37,264 bases of DNA from Candidatus Pacearchaeota archaeon CG10_big_fil_rev_8_21_14_0_10_31_59 (GTDB lineage Archaea; Nanobdellota; Nanobdellia; Pacearchaeales; CG1-02-31-27): positions 44,491 to 81,754 of the forward strand of contig PFCW01000001.1 of NCBI GenBank assembly GCA_002763115.1. Reading direction: 5' to 3'. The position numbers and the translations under genes were made by a program. Shown in pieces: positions 18,331 to 27,133 of the stretch; the stretch's first letter is position 1; each line of letters begins with the position of its first letter. The notes under the pieces are model-generated. The model ran no database searches. It was given only the letters and a program-made list of their open reading frames with translations, and had not been told where the DNA came from.

Positions 18331-19536
18331 ATGATTTACAGCCATTCAAGAATTGAAACATTCAAACAATGTCCTTTGAAATTTAAATACAGATATCTCG
18401 ACAAGATAATTCCAGAAGTTGAGACTATAGAATCATTTCTCGGAAGCAGAGTTCATGAGGCGTTGGAATGGCTTTACAAACAGGTAAAAATGGAAAAATT
18501 ACCTGATTTGAAAGAGCTGTTGGATATTTTCAAAAAAAACTGGGAAAAAAATTTCAATGTAAATATAAAGTTTATAAAAGAATTCGAAGACAAGGATTAT
18601 TTTAATACAGGCACAAAATTTCTAACAAATTATTACGAAAGATACAAACCATTTAAGGAGAACACAATAGCGACGGAAAAACAGATTTTTATTAATCTGG
18701 ATAAAGATGAAAAATATCAGATGCAGGGTTTTATTGACAGATTAGTTTATGATGAGACTAAAAAAACTTATGAAATTCATGATTATAAAACTTCAGGATA
18801 TCTCAAAACAAATGATGAATTGGAAGAAGACAAACAGCTAGCTTTGTATTCTCTGGCGATAAGAGAAATGTATCAGGATGCAGACAAAATATGTTTAATC
18901 TGGCATTTTCTCGCTTTTGACAAGGAATTTTGTCTGGAAGTAGATGAGAAAATATTAAAAAAAGTAAAGGAAGAAACGTTGAACACAATAAAGAAGATAG
19001 AAAATACCGATAAATTTGATGCCAAAGCTTCCAAATTATGTGACTGGTGCGAATACAAGCCGATATGCCCCAAATGGAAGCATCTTGAAGAAATAAAAGA
19101 CAAACCAATTAATGAATTTTTAAAAGAGGAAGGCGTGAATTTAGTAAATAAATATTCTGAGCTATTGTTGCAAAAACAAAAAGTCAATATGGAATTGGAT
19201 GAAAACCTTGAAAAACTCAAAGAAGCCCTTGTGAAATATTCCGAGAAAAATAATTTGGACACGATTTTTGGCTCGAACAAAAAAGCAAGAGTCTGGATTA
19301 AAGATGTTTTAAAATTTCCGAATAAAAATGAGATTGGGAGGGATGTTATTAAAACCTTGTTGATTAATCACGGATTTTACAATGATTTAAGCGATGTTGA
19401 TACTTTTAAATTATCTAGGATGATAGAAGAAAACAAGCTTCCAAAAGATTTGATTGAAAAATTAAAGGAGTTGCATAAAATAGAAAGGCTGGAAAGAATT
19501 TATCTGGTTGATAATAATATGGAAAAAGAAAATTAA
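18331..19536 (+). CDS. PD-(D/E)xK nuclease, Cas4/RecB-like, with Fe-S cysteines and a long C-terminal extension
   Basis: N-terminal FKQCPLKFKYRYL, then GFIDRLVY...YEIHDYKTS (D...DxK) and CDWCEYKPICPKW. Confidence 0.8.
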   Translation: MIYSHSRIETFKQCPLKFKYRYLDKIIPEVETIESFLGSRVHEALEWLYKQVKMEKLPDLKELLDIFKKNWEKNFNVNIKFIKEFEDKDYFNTGTKFLTNYYERYKPFKENTIATEKQIFINLDKDEKYQMQGFIDRLVYDETKKTYEIHDYKTSGYLKTNDELEEDKQLALYSLAIREMYQDADKICLIWHFLAFDKEFCLEVDEKILKKVKEETLNTIKKIENTDKFDAKASKLCDWCEYKPICPKWKHLEEIKDKPINEFLKEEGVNLVNKYSELLLQKQKVNMELDENLEKLKEALVKYSEKNNLDTIFGSNKKARVWIKDVLKFPNKNEIGRDVIKTLLINHGFYNDLSDVDTFKLSRMIEENKLPKDLIEKLKELHKIERLERIYLVDNNMEKEN

Positions 19537-20904
19537 CTATCTGAACATTCTAAACATTTCTTCTGGATACATATTATTCAATTTTTCCAGAACATCCTGT
19601 TTTTTTAGTATTTTTACTTCTCTTACTTCCCTAACTTTATTCATTAATAATATATTAATCAAGATTCTCAAAACTCCACTTAGCAAGAAAGCAACTAGTA
19701 TCGGAGTGAGAATAAATAATGTGATTGAAAATGTCAAAATCAAACCTCCAGCCATGGAACCGATAAAAAATCCGATGCTTCTCAATATGTTGAAATATGT
19801 AAAGCAGTGAGCCATTTTTTCTCGTGTTACAGCATCGTAAACAAAATTGCTTGAAGATAAATTGTAGCCAGCCCAGCAAGCTCCAGATAAAGCTTCAACA
19901 GCTATTAAATACGGAACTAAAAATCCTGGATTGCTTTTAATCAAAAAAACAGATGGAAGCCATAATAACGGAATTAAGCAAATTAACCAGCTACAAATTT
20001 TAAGGACTTTTAAATTCCCATATAAGTCAGAGAATTTTCCCCAGAACGGAAAAAATAATATACTTGTTAAGGAACTCGCAACAACTATCAATGTATAATT
20101 AGCATAGCTTAAATTCAATTCCTTTAACATGTAAACAGCAAAGAACGGAGATGCTATCCAAACAGCGACAGACATTAAAGAAACAAACAAAACAAATCTC
20201 CCGAAATTATTATTAAGCATTTTTTTGATAAAATCAAATAAAGTAAAATGATGTTCTTCTCTATGCTTAAAATGAGGTTCATACTTATTTTTAAAAAATG
20301 AAACTGAAACAAGTCTTGCTATAAAAGCTACTGCAAACAAAATTGCGAATCCAAAAAAAACTTTATTTCCCCTAAAAAAATCCAAAACAAAACCCGCAAT
20401 TAGAATACTAGTTAATGTTATTAGTTCTATGATTCTCGTCCTCATAGCAAAATAAGCCCCGGATTTTTCCGTTACTAAATCTTTCATCCAAGAGCTCCAT
20501 GCTGGAACAGTTATAGTTCCGTGAATCATAAGTATGGAATAAATTATTATCAACAAAACTGAAGCCAGATCTGATTTTAAATTGATAAATACCATCAAAA
20601 ATCCCAAGGCAATTATTGGAAGCCACATCAAAGCTTCTATAAAAGCTCCAATCATAATTATTTTTTTTCTTGAAAATTTTCTCATTAATCTCAAAGTTAA
20701 AAGTTGCGTAAAATTCCCGAGCAATAACGGCAATGAACTCAAAAAACCAATCTGAATATTGTTAGCACCGAGGGAAATAGCATAAGGTGTTATATATCTT
20801 CGACCAACTCCTTCAGTTATCCCATTAAATGAACCTTCTGCTATGCTTATTTTTTTAGCTTTTTCTATAGAAAGTTTTTCCTGATGAACCTCTTTTCCAA
20901 CCAT
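19537..20904 (-). CDS. MFS-type transporter
   Basis: 455 aa with about 12 hydrophobic helices and basic inter-helix loops (RLMRKFSRKK). Confidence 0.75.
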   Translation of the reverse strand: MVGKEVHQEKLSIEKAKKISIAEGSFNGITEGVGRRYITPYAISLGANNIQIGFLSSLPLLLGNFTQLLTLRLMRKFSRKKIIMIGAFIEALMWLPIIALGFLMVFINLKSDLASVLLIIIYSILMIHGTITVPAWSSWMKDLVTEKSGAYFAMRTRIIELITLTSILIAGFVLDFFRGNKVFFGFAILFAVAFIARLVSVSFFKNKYEPHFKHREEHHFTLFDFIKKMLNNNFGRFVLFVSLMSVAVWIASPFFAVYMLKELNLSYANYTLIVVASSLTSILFFPFWGKFSDLYGNLKVLKICSWLICLIPLLWLPSVFLIKSNPGFLVPYLIAVEALSGACWAGYNLSSSNFVYDAVTREKMAHCFTYFNILRSIGFFIGSMAGGLILTFSITLFILTPILVAFLLSGVLRILINILLMNKVREVREVKILKKQDVLEKLNNMYPEEMFRMFR

Positions 20905-20994
20905 TTTATTGAAATTGTTAATATTCTTTTTAAACTTATCTTTTCAAAAATCTTAAAAACCTTAAATTCTTTAATCTATCTAGAGGTGTAAAAA

Positions 20995-21210
20995 ATGTTT
21001 TACATGTGGTGTGATAAAAGAGTAAAAAGACTTAAATGTTTCGACCTGAAACTGGTAAAAATTTCTATATTTGGTTTTGCATGGTTTATAGCTGCTTTGT
21101 TTGTAAAACAACCAGTTTGGTTCCACAATTTATGGTGGGTTTGGCTGGCAGTCGGAGTAATTTTAGCAATACATCCATTGATAAGATTTTGGAGTAAAGA
21201 AAAGAAATAG
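20995..21210 (+). CDS. Small membrane protein, hypothetical
   Basis: Two predicted TM helices. GAGGTG Shine-Dalgarno 7 nt upstream of the ATG. Confidence 0.45.
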   Translation: MFYMWCDKRVKRLKCFDLKLVKISIFGFAWFIAALFVKQPVWFHNLWWVWLAVGVILAIHPLIRFWSKEKK

Positions 21211-21234
21211 CGAAACATTTGATGATAAATACAT

Positions 21235-21248
21235 AAACTTTTTAAATG
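21235..21248 (+). promoter_or_regulatory. TATA-like promoter for RNase P RNA (AAACTTTTTAAATG)
   Basis: Lies about 22-25 nt upstream of the P1 stem start. Confidence 0.45.
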
Positions 21249-21265
21249 TAAAAATCTTTCTTGTA

Positions 21266-21573
21266 GTGGTAAGTGACTAACTGACTATCGCTATTTTGCT
21301 GTAAAAGGCAAAGAAGTGAGGAAGGTCCGCCCACCCTCCGAATTTTTGGAGTAGTGTTAATCATGAAAGTGATATGCAGAAATGCATGGCAACATTACAG
21401 AAACGACACAGTTTTTGCTGAGCTGTGAATCAAGCGAGGAGCTAAGAAGCAAAAAATTTGATGAGACGAATGTCCTGACTGGTGCAAGGTCTTTAAGACT
21501 GCTTAGTCAAATGTCAGATGTTCAATTTTCGAAAGAAATGAACAACATAAGGTGGCCTAAAGTCACTTACCTT
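21266..21573 (+). ncRNA. rnpB: RNase P RNA (archaeal)
   Basis: P1 pairing GGTAAGTGAC (21268-21277) with GTCACTTACC (21562-21571). GAGGAAGGTCCGCCC (CR-I/P4) at 21318-21332, ACAGAAAC, and ACATAAGGTGGCCTAA (CR-V) at 21545-21560. GC-rich relative to its surroundings. Confidence 0.85.
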
Positions 21574-21575
21574 TT

Positions 21576-22613
21576 TTAGAAACCATTTATTACTAATTCC
21601 AAACCAGCATTAAAATCATATGTTCTAGTTTCTGAATTGTAAGTTCTAGAAATCTCTACTTTTGGAAGATATCTTGTTATCTCTGTTACATTTCCTTCTT
21701 CCTTAGATGAGTAAAATGCAAAACCCAATCCATATTTAATAATTTCATTACCATATGGGGTTATGCCCTTAGTTACAGACACATCCAATGGAGTTAAATT
21801 TCCAGGTACTATTTGACATCCCACGCTCCATCCATTATAAAAATTCTCTATTTGAGTATCGTAATATTGACCATAAGTACCTCTTATATTTTTTATCTGT
21901 CCAAGTATTGGCACATCCTCACAAAAAGAGATTTGAGTCATAAAACCATTTAAGTCCCATTGATATTCTCTCTTAACATTAATCGGGTCATGAAAAACAT
22001 AAGCACCTTCTGCACTTAAAACAGTTTTTGGTAGCCAGTCCCACTCTTCAAAAAATTGGTCTGTTGAAAATCCAATCTTCCCATGTAATTTCAAAGCTCC
22101 AAGTGGAACATCTAATGCACTAAAAATATTTGTAGCATAATTTTCATAAGTAACTTTTCCTTCAAAATTTTCTAAACTTGCTTTTGTACCAAGTAAAAGA
22201 TGTAATGCATCAACTCTTGTCGTATCTGTGACTTTTATTAAATCACCAAGACTGTCTCTTCTGAGTTCATATTCAAAATGCTGATAATCTAAATCTCCAA
22301 AAATTCTAACCTCGGAACCTTTCTCCCAAAAAGGAACTGCATCAAAACTTCCAAAAGCATTAAAGTAAGTATGTGTTCCTTGTGTCCATCCTATACCTAA
22401 AGATCCACCACCGAAACCATTTTTTACATAATTTTCGAATTGTAATCCAACTGACTCTTCACTGAAATCCATAGTTGTTTCCCCTCTGTTATTAATTCTG
22501 TCTGCACCCTCTCTCCAATCCTGAACTTTTCCCAAAGCTATTGTAGGTGCGAACGTTAAAATCGCTCCTAATGTTAATAATGCAAGATTTTTAAGTCCAT
22601 TTCTTTTAGGCAT
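21576..22613 (-). CDS. Secreted protein with OMP-like beta-barrel features, hypothetical
   Basis: Signal peptide LKNLALLTLGAILTFAPTIALG. About 14-16 amphipathic Gly/aromatic-rich strands. C-terminus YDFNAGLELVINGF ends in Phe. Confidence 0.65.
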   Translation of the reverse strand: MPKRNGLKNLALLTLGAILTFAPTIALGKVQDWREGADRINNRGETTMDFSEESVGLQFENYVKNGFGGGSLGIGWTQGTHTYFNAFGSFDAVPFWEKGSEVRIFGDLDYQHFEYELRRDSLGDLIKVTDTTRVDALHLLLGTKASLENFEGKVTYENYATNIFSALDVPLGALKLHGKIGFSTDQFFEEWDWLPKTVLSAEGAYVFHDPINVKREYQWDLNGFMTQISFCEDVPILGQIKNIRGTYGQYYDTQIENFYNGWSVGCQIVPGNLTPLDVSVTKGITPYGNEIIKYGLGFAFYSSKEEGNVTEITRYLPKVEISRTYNSETRTYDFNAGLELVINGF

Positions 22614-22726
22614 GAGATATATACAAAAAATATCTTTATAAATATTTATATTATTTTTTGATTATATCATAACGAACATTTATCCAAAACAGAAAGTTTT
22701 TTATATGAAGCATTTTTAAATTAAAC

Positions 22727-22888
22727 ATGGCAAAACCAGGAATAAGATTACCAGGTTCATTCGGCGGTATACAAAGATATAGCGAAGAATATAAAAGTAA
22801 AATACAGATAAAACCGATTCACGTTGTCATTATATTAATTGTAGTTGCTGCAGCAACTTTGGCATTAAAATTTCTTATAAAATCTTAA
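22727..22888 (+). CDS. secG: Preprotein translocase subunit Sec61beta (archaeal SecG)
   Basis: Below the ORF-track cutoff. Reads MAKPGIRLPGSFGGIQRYSEEYKSKIQIKPIHVVIILIVVAAATLALKFLIKS, with the GG(I/L)xRY motif and a C-terminal TM helix. Confidence 0.75.
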   Translation: MAKPGIRLPGSFGGIQRYSEEYKSKIQIKPIHVVIILIVVAAATLALKFLIKS

Positions 22889-22895
22889 TTCTAAA

Positions 22896-23231
22896 ATGTT
22901 TAATGTCAACCCCAAACAATTGAAAGGTATGATGAAGAGTATGGGCATTTCTCAGGAAGAAATAGATGCTGAGGAAGTAATAATAAAAACAGCTGAAAAA
23001 AATATTGTAATAAAACCAGCTGATGTCGTTAAAATAAAAATGCAGGGGCAGGAAACTTTTCAGATTTCCGGGGAAATACATGAAGAGGAAATTGATGAAA
23101 GTATAGAGATAGACAAGGACGACATTAAAACCGTGGTGGAAAAAACCGGTTGCAGTGAGAAACTAGCAAGAGAATATTTAGAGAAGAATGAAGGCGATAT
23201 AATAAAAACAATAAAAGAGTTGAAAAAATAA
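22896..23231 (+). CDS. nac: Nascent polypeptide-associated complex protein (NAC plus UBA)
   Basis: NPKQLKGMMKSMGI followed by a NAC beta-barrel segment. C-terminal UBA-like LAREYLEKNEGDIIKTIKEL. Confidence 0.9.
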   Translation: MFNVNPKQLKGMMKSMGISQEEIDAEEVIIKTAEKNIVIKPADVVKIKMQGQETFQISGEIHEEEIDESIEIDKDDIKTVVEKTGCSEKLAREYLEKNEGDIIKTIKELKK

Positions 23232-23268
23232 AAGATAGTTATTTATATTTCTTTAGCTTATAATTATC

Positions 23269-23748
23269 ATGGCTTTCGAAGAAATTTTAAAAATCCTTGA
23301 TGAAGCTGAAAAAGAAATCAGGACCGCAGATCATATAATTTACATAACATTGCCAATAGTCAACGATAATAAATTACTTATCACTGCTATAGAAGCATTG
23401 CATAAAGCTTCATTAAAAATTATTGAAGCATTATTAATTTACGAGCAAATTTTCAAAGGTGCTCGATTGTACAAGGACAAGGAGGAAAATTTCAGGCAGT
23501 TTAAAGAGTTGGCAATTAAATATGAAATAAGCCAAAAACAGCTGAAAGATATTGAAGCTTTGTTTTTTTACATGGAAAAACATGAAGGTTCTTCCATAGA
23601 ATTTGTAAGACGGGATAAATTAGTCATAATGTCAGAAAATCTTGAAATAGAGGCTGTTAATGCAGAAGTTATAAAAAATATAATATTTTCCATAAAAAGT
23701 CTTTTGAATAAAGCAAAAAAACACATCAAAAATAGTTCTGAGGACTAA
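23269..23748 (+). CDS. Hypothetical helical protein, paralog 1
   Basis: Weak but collinear similarity to 23851-24300: ADHIIYITL / AQHLLYVSL and EFVRRDKLVI / EFRKNVALII. Confidence 0.6.
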   Translation: MAFEEILKILDEAEKEIRTADHIIYITLPIVNDNKLLITAIEALHKASLKIIEALLIYEQIFKGARLYKDKEENFRQFKELAIKYEISQKQLKDIEALFFYMEKHEGSSIEFVRRDKLVIMSENLEIEAVNAEVIKNIIFSIKSLLNKAKKHIKNSSED

Positions 23749-23850
23749 AAATTTCGTATCTTTTAGTGGTAAATTCAGAGAGAAAGATATATAAAAAAGT
23801 GATACTTTATTTATAGGGTTGCTCTTTTAAAAGGGGCATTTATTAAAAAC

Positions 23851-24300
23851 ATGCTGAGAGACATTGATAAGGAAATGAAGAGTGCCCAACATCTTTTGTA
23901 TGTTAGTTTGAAATATACGAGAACCGGAGATGTCATCATAAATTTGATGAGAAGATGGGCTAATATGATAGAATTTTCCCTTGAAGAAATACTTATTCAT
24001 GCCAAAAAAACAAAAAAACTTAAAATTATCCCACATGCACCAAAATTAAAACAAAGGGCTGTTATAGATATTTTTAAAAATAATAATACAATCAAGGAAA
24101 TTATCGCATTATACTCATTCTTCAGAAAAGTTGACAAATTACAGAATATAAGATCAAATGAATTCAGAAAAAATGTTGCTTTGATAATCTTAGATGAAGG
24201 AAAAGAAGTTATTATTAATATGGAAAAGCTTAAGGAATGGGAAAAACTTCTTAATGATTTTATTAAAGTAATGCTAAACTTTTTAAAAAACAAAAAATAA
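23851..24300 (+). CDS. Hypothetical helical protein, paralog 2
   Basis: See 23269-23748. Confidence 0.6.
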   Translation: MLRDIDKEMKSAQHLLYVSLKYTRTGDVIINLMRRWANMIEFSLEEILIHAKKTKKLKIIPHAPKLKQRAVIDIFKNNNTIKEIIALYSFFRKVDKLQNIRSNEFRKNVALIILDEGKEVIINMEKLKEWEKLLNDFIKVMLNFLKNKK

Positions 24301-24361
24301 TAAATTAACATGGCAAAATCAAAGATTTTTTTCCTGATTAAAAATCTAGGAGATTTTTAAT

Positions 24362-25127
24362 ATGGCAAGAGTAATTGTTGTAACATCGGGGAAAGGGGGG
24401 GTTGGAAAAACAACTACAGCTGTAAATCTTTCCATGGCTCTGAATAATCTTGGAAAAGATGTCTGTTTGGTTGATACTAATCTGACAACACCTAATGTCG
24501 GAATTCATCTCGGAGCTCCGGTTGTTCCTATAAACTTACATCATGTTTTATCCGGAAAAAACAAGATTCATGAAGCTATTTATCTTCACCACTCTGGAAC
24601 AAAAATAGTTCCTGCTTCTTTATCATTAAATGATTTGAATGATATCAAATATGAAAGACTAAAATATGTTTTAAGAGATTTAAGAAGATTTTCTGATATT
24701 TTAGTTTTGGACAGCGCAGCAGGCTTGGGTCAAGAAACCATATCTTCGATAAGATATGCTGATGAGATTATTGTTGTCAACAAATCCTGAACTTCCGGCA
24801 ATTACTGATGCTTTGAAAACAATAAAATTAAGCGAGAATCTTGGAAAATCTGTTTCTGGAGTTGTTGTTACAAGAGTAAGAGATGATGAGCATGAGTTGG
24901 CAATAAAAAATGTTCAGCATATTCTTGAAAGACCTGTTATCTGCATAATTCCAGAGGAAGATTCTGTAAGAGAATCAATTTCTTTGAGGGATGCTGTTGT
25001 GAACACACACTCAAAATGCGAATCATCCAAAGCTTATTACAGGCTGGCTTCAATGCTGATAGGCAAGCATTATCCCGAGGAAATAAATTATAAAAAAAGT
25101 TTCTGGCAAATATTGTTTAGAAGATAA
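24362..25127 (+). pseudogene. minD: MinD/ParA-type ATPase interrupted by a +1 frameshift near 24779
   Basis: ORF1 carries the deviant Walker A SGKGGVGKTT and ends ...ADEIIVVNKS*. ORF2, in the next frame, continues ...TNPELPAITDALK. Removing one A at 24779/24780 restores EIIVVTNPELPAITDA. Confidence 0.8.
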
Positions 25128-25174
25128 TTATATGATTATTCTAATTATGTTATAACTTATAAATAGTAACAAAT

Positions 25175-25190
25175 AGAAAAGTTTATAAAT
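25175..25190 (+). promoter_or_regulatory. BRE/TATA promoter (AGAAAAGTTTATAAAT)
   Basis: Consensus box 27 nt upstream of the ATG at 25217, implying a leaderless or near-leaderless mRNA. Confidence 0.5.
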
Positions 25191-25216
25191 TGAGAATTCT
25201 TAATCTATTTATTAAA

Positions 25217-25732
25217 ATGGGAATCGGAAAATGTTTGGAGAAGATAGCAGGTGGTGCATGTTCACTACCAACAATTCCAATAGTGGTAGCTGGAGCTTTC
25301 GTTTCAACATTAATTGATTCTGCTATTTCCAGTTATGCTATTTCAACAGTCGCAAAATTAAATAAAAGAAGAAAGGATTCAGGCAGAAACAGCACACCTT
25401 TTCCTTCTTATCTTACCAATTTAATAAAAGATCAGGTTGATAAATTAGATGGTAATATAGATTCTGAATTTTTGAATACATTATACAGAATAAACAAAGG
25501 AGTTTTCAAGACAGTTTCTGATTATACAAATGCTGGAGCAAGTTGCATCTCTTATGCAGCACAATTTGCAGCTTCAGTTTTAGGCATAGTTAAATTGGCT
25601 GAAGGAGATCCTATTGGGCATTTATATCTTACTGGAGCTTATACAAATGCGCTTGATGGAGTTATCGAAGGTGGACGTTGGATTTCAGAGAAGGTTCATC
25701 ATTGGATATCAACTCATCAAGATTTATGCTAG
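25217..25732 (+). CDS. Hypothetical membrane protein
   Basis: The ORF-track start at 25190 is a TTG inside the TATA box, so the ATG at 25217 is preferred. One TM helix (IPIVVAGAFVSTLIDSAISSYAI). Confidence 0.5.
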   Translation: MGIGKCLEKIAGGACSLPTIPIVVAGAFVSTLIDSAISSYAISTVAKLNKRRKDSGRNSTPFPSYLTNLIKDQVDKLDGNIDSEFLNTLYRINKGVFKTVSDYTNAGASCISYAAQFAASVLGIVKLAEGDPIGHLYLTGAYTNALDGVIEGGRWISEKVHHWISTHQDLC

Positions 25733-25790
25733 TTGCCTTAACAAAACCTATAAAAACATTTTTAATCCAATAATTCTTAATAAATGTTAT

Positions 25791-25862
25791 GGCGAATGTA
25801 GCGTAATGGTAGCGTTCACGACTGTGGCTCGTGAGGAGTGGGTTCAATTCCCACCTTTCGCC
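25791..25862 (+). tRNA. tRNA-His(GUG), intronless, with encoded G-1
   Basis: G-1 opposite C73; GCGAATG/CTTTCGC acceptor (one U-U); GCGT/GCGT D stem; CACGA/TCGTG anticodon stem; loop CTGTGGC; GTGGG/CCCAC T stem. Confidence 0.9.
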
Positions 25863-25863
25863 C

Positions 25864-25888
25864 TTAAACTTTTTCCAAAAAAGTTTAA
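25864..25888 (+). repeat. TTAAACTT...AAGTTTAA hairpin directly 3' of tRNA-His
   Basis: TTAAACTTTTTCCAAAAAAGTTTAA starts 2 nt after C73. Its 3' arm also resembles the BRE/TATA consensus upstream of hisS. Confidence 0.7.
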
Positions 25889-25936
25889 ACAAAAAGCGTG
25901 GGCTTTTACTAAGAAAAGAAAAAATCGGAGGAAAAA

Positions 25937-27094
25937 ATGGAAACAGTTAAAGGATTTAGAGATATTAAAGGAGAAGAAGCAAAATTAAGGGAGAAAATTA
26001 TAGATGTAATTATAAAAAATTTCAAACTTTATGGTTTTGAGCCCGCTGAAACACCAATTGTAGAATATGAAGAATTTGTAAAAGGAAATAATTCCAATGA
26101 TGATGTTATCTCAGATATCTTCAAATTACAGGACAAAGGACAAAGAAAATTAGCATTAAGATATGAATTTACATTCCAATTGAAAAGATTAGCTCAGAAT
26201 AAAAAATTGCCTTACAAAAGGTATCAAGTCGGACAGGTTTTTAGGGATGAGCCGGTTTCATCAAATCGTTTCAGGCAATTTACACAATGCGATGTTGATG
26301 TTATTGGTTCAACTTTAAAAGACGAAGCAGAGCTTTTAAGTTTAGCACAGAAAATATTGTCTGAATTAGGAATCAAATCAGTAATTTGTGTAAACAGCAG
26401 AAAATTATTAAATGAAATTCTCGAAAAAGAAGGTATCGGGGAAAAACAAACTGTGATAAAAGAGCTTGATAAATTGGACAAGCTGACAAAAACAGAGGTT
26501 AAAGTAAATCTTAAGAAATACAAGGCAGAAAAAATATTAGATATTTTTGCAAAAGATGAAAAATTCTTTGAAAAATATTCTGCTTATGAAGAAATAAAAG
26601 AATTGAAAAAATATTGCTCTTATTTCAAAACAAAAGTTGAGTTTATGCCTTCTTTAGCCCGTGGTTTAAGCTATTACAACGGAACAATTTTTGAAATTAA
26701 AACATCTGATATTAAGGAGACAATAGCTGGCGGAGGTTCTTATCTTGTTAATGGAATCCAATCAACAGGAATTTCATTTGGTTTGGATCGTTTAACAAAA
26801 ATAACAAAATTAAAATTAGATGAAAAAAGAGTTTTGATAATAAGTATAAACCAGGACAAAGAATCTGTTGATTTAGCTGAAAAATTGCGAGAGGATAATG
26901 TTAAAACTTTGATTATGTATGGAAAGCCGAGCAAAGCTTTGGAATATGCAAACAACTATAATATTCCTTTTGTAATTTTTGTTGGAGAAGAAGAAATCAA
27001 GAAGAAAAAATTCAAGTTGAGGGATATGAAAACTGGGAAGGAAGAATTTTTGAGTTCTGAGGGAATTATTAAGAAATTGAAGGGATTAATGTAA
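25937..27094 (+). CDS. hisS: Histidyl-tRNA synthetase
   Basis: Contains VKGFRD, LALRYEFTFQLKR and FRDEPVSSNRFRQFTQCDVDVIG, plus a C-terminal anticodon-binding domain (IPFVIFVGEEE). Confidence 0.9.
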   Translation: METVKGFRDIKGEEAKLREKIIDVIIKNFKLYGFEPAETPIVEYEEFVKGNNSNDDVISDIFKLQDKGQRKLALRYEFTFQLKRLAQNKKLPYKRYQVGQVFRDEPVSSNRFRQFTQCDVDVIGSTLKDEAELLSLAQKILSELGIKSVICVNSRKLLNEILEKEGIGEKQTVIKELDKLDKLTKTEVKVNLKKYKAEKILDIFAKDEKFFEKYSAYEEIKELKKYCSYFKTKVEFMPSLARGLSYYNGTIFEIKTSDIKETIAGGGSYLVNGIQSTGISFGLDRLTKITKLKLDEKRVLIISINQDKESVDLAEKLREDNVKTLIMYGKPSKALEYANNYNIPFVIFVGEEEIKKKKFKLRDMKTGKEEFLSSEGIIKKLKGLM

Positions 27095-27133
27095 AATAAT
27101 TTCTAATTATATTGGTGCTCTTACGTACAGGAA

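Noticed and set aside
21382-21579. 65-aa ORF between the small membrane protein and the beta-barrel candidate
   Set aside because: It is fully contained in the RNase P RNA gene, whose P1 stem, CR-I and CR-V motifs span it.
25614-25988. ORFs 25614-25988 (+) and 25662-25892 (-) around 25.8 kb
   Set aside because: They run through tRNA-His, its 3' hairpin and the hisS promoter/SD. They also overlap the better-supported 25217-25732 and hisS genes.
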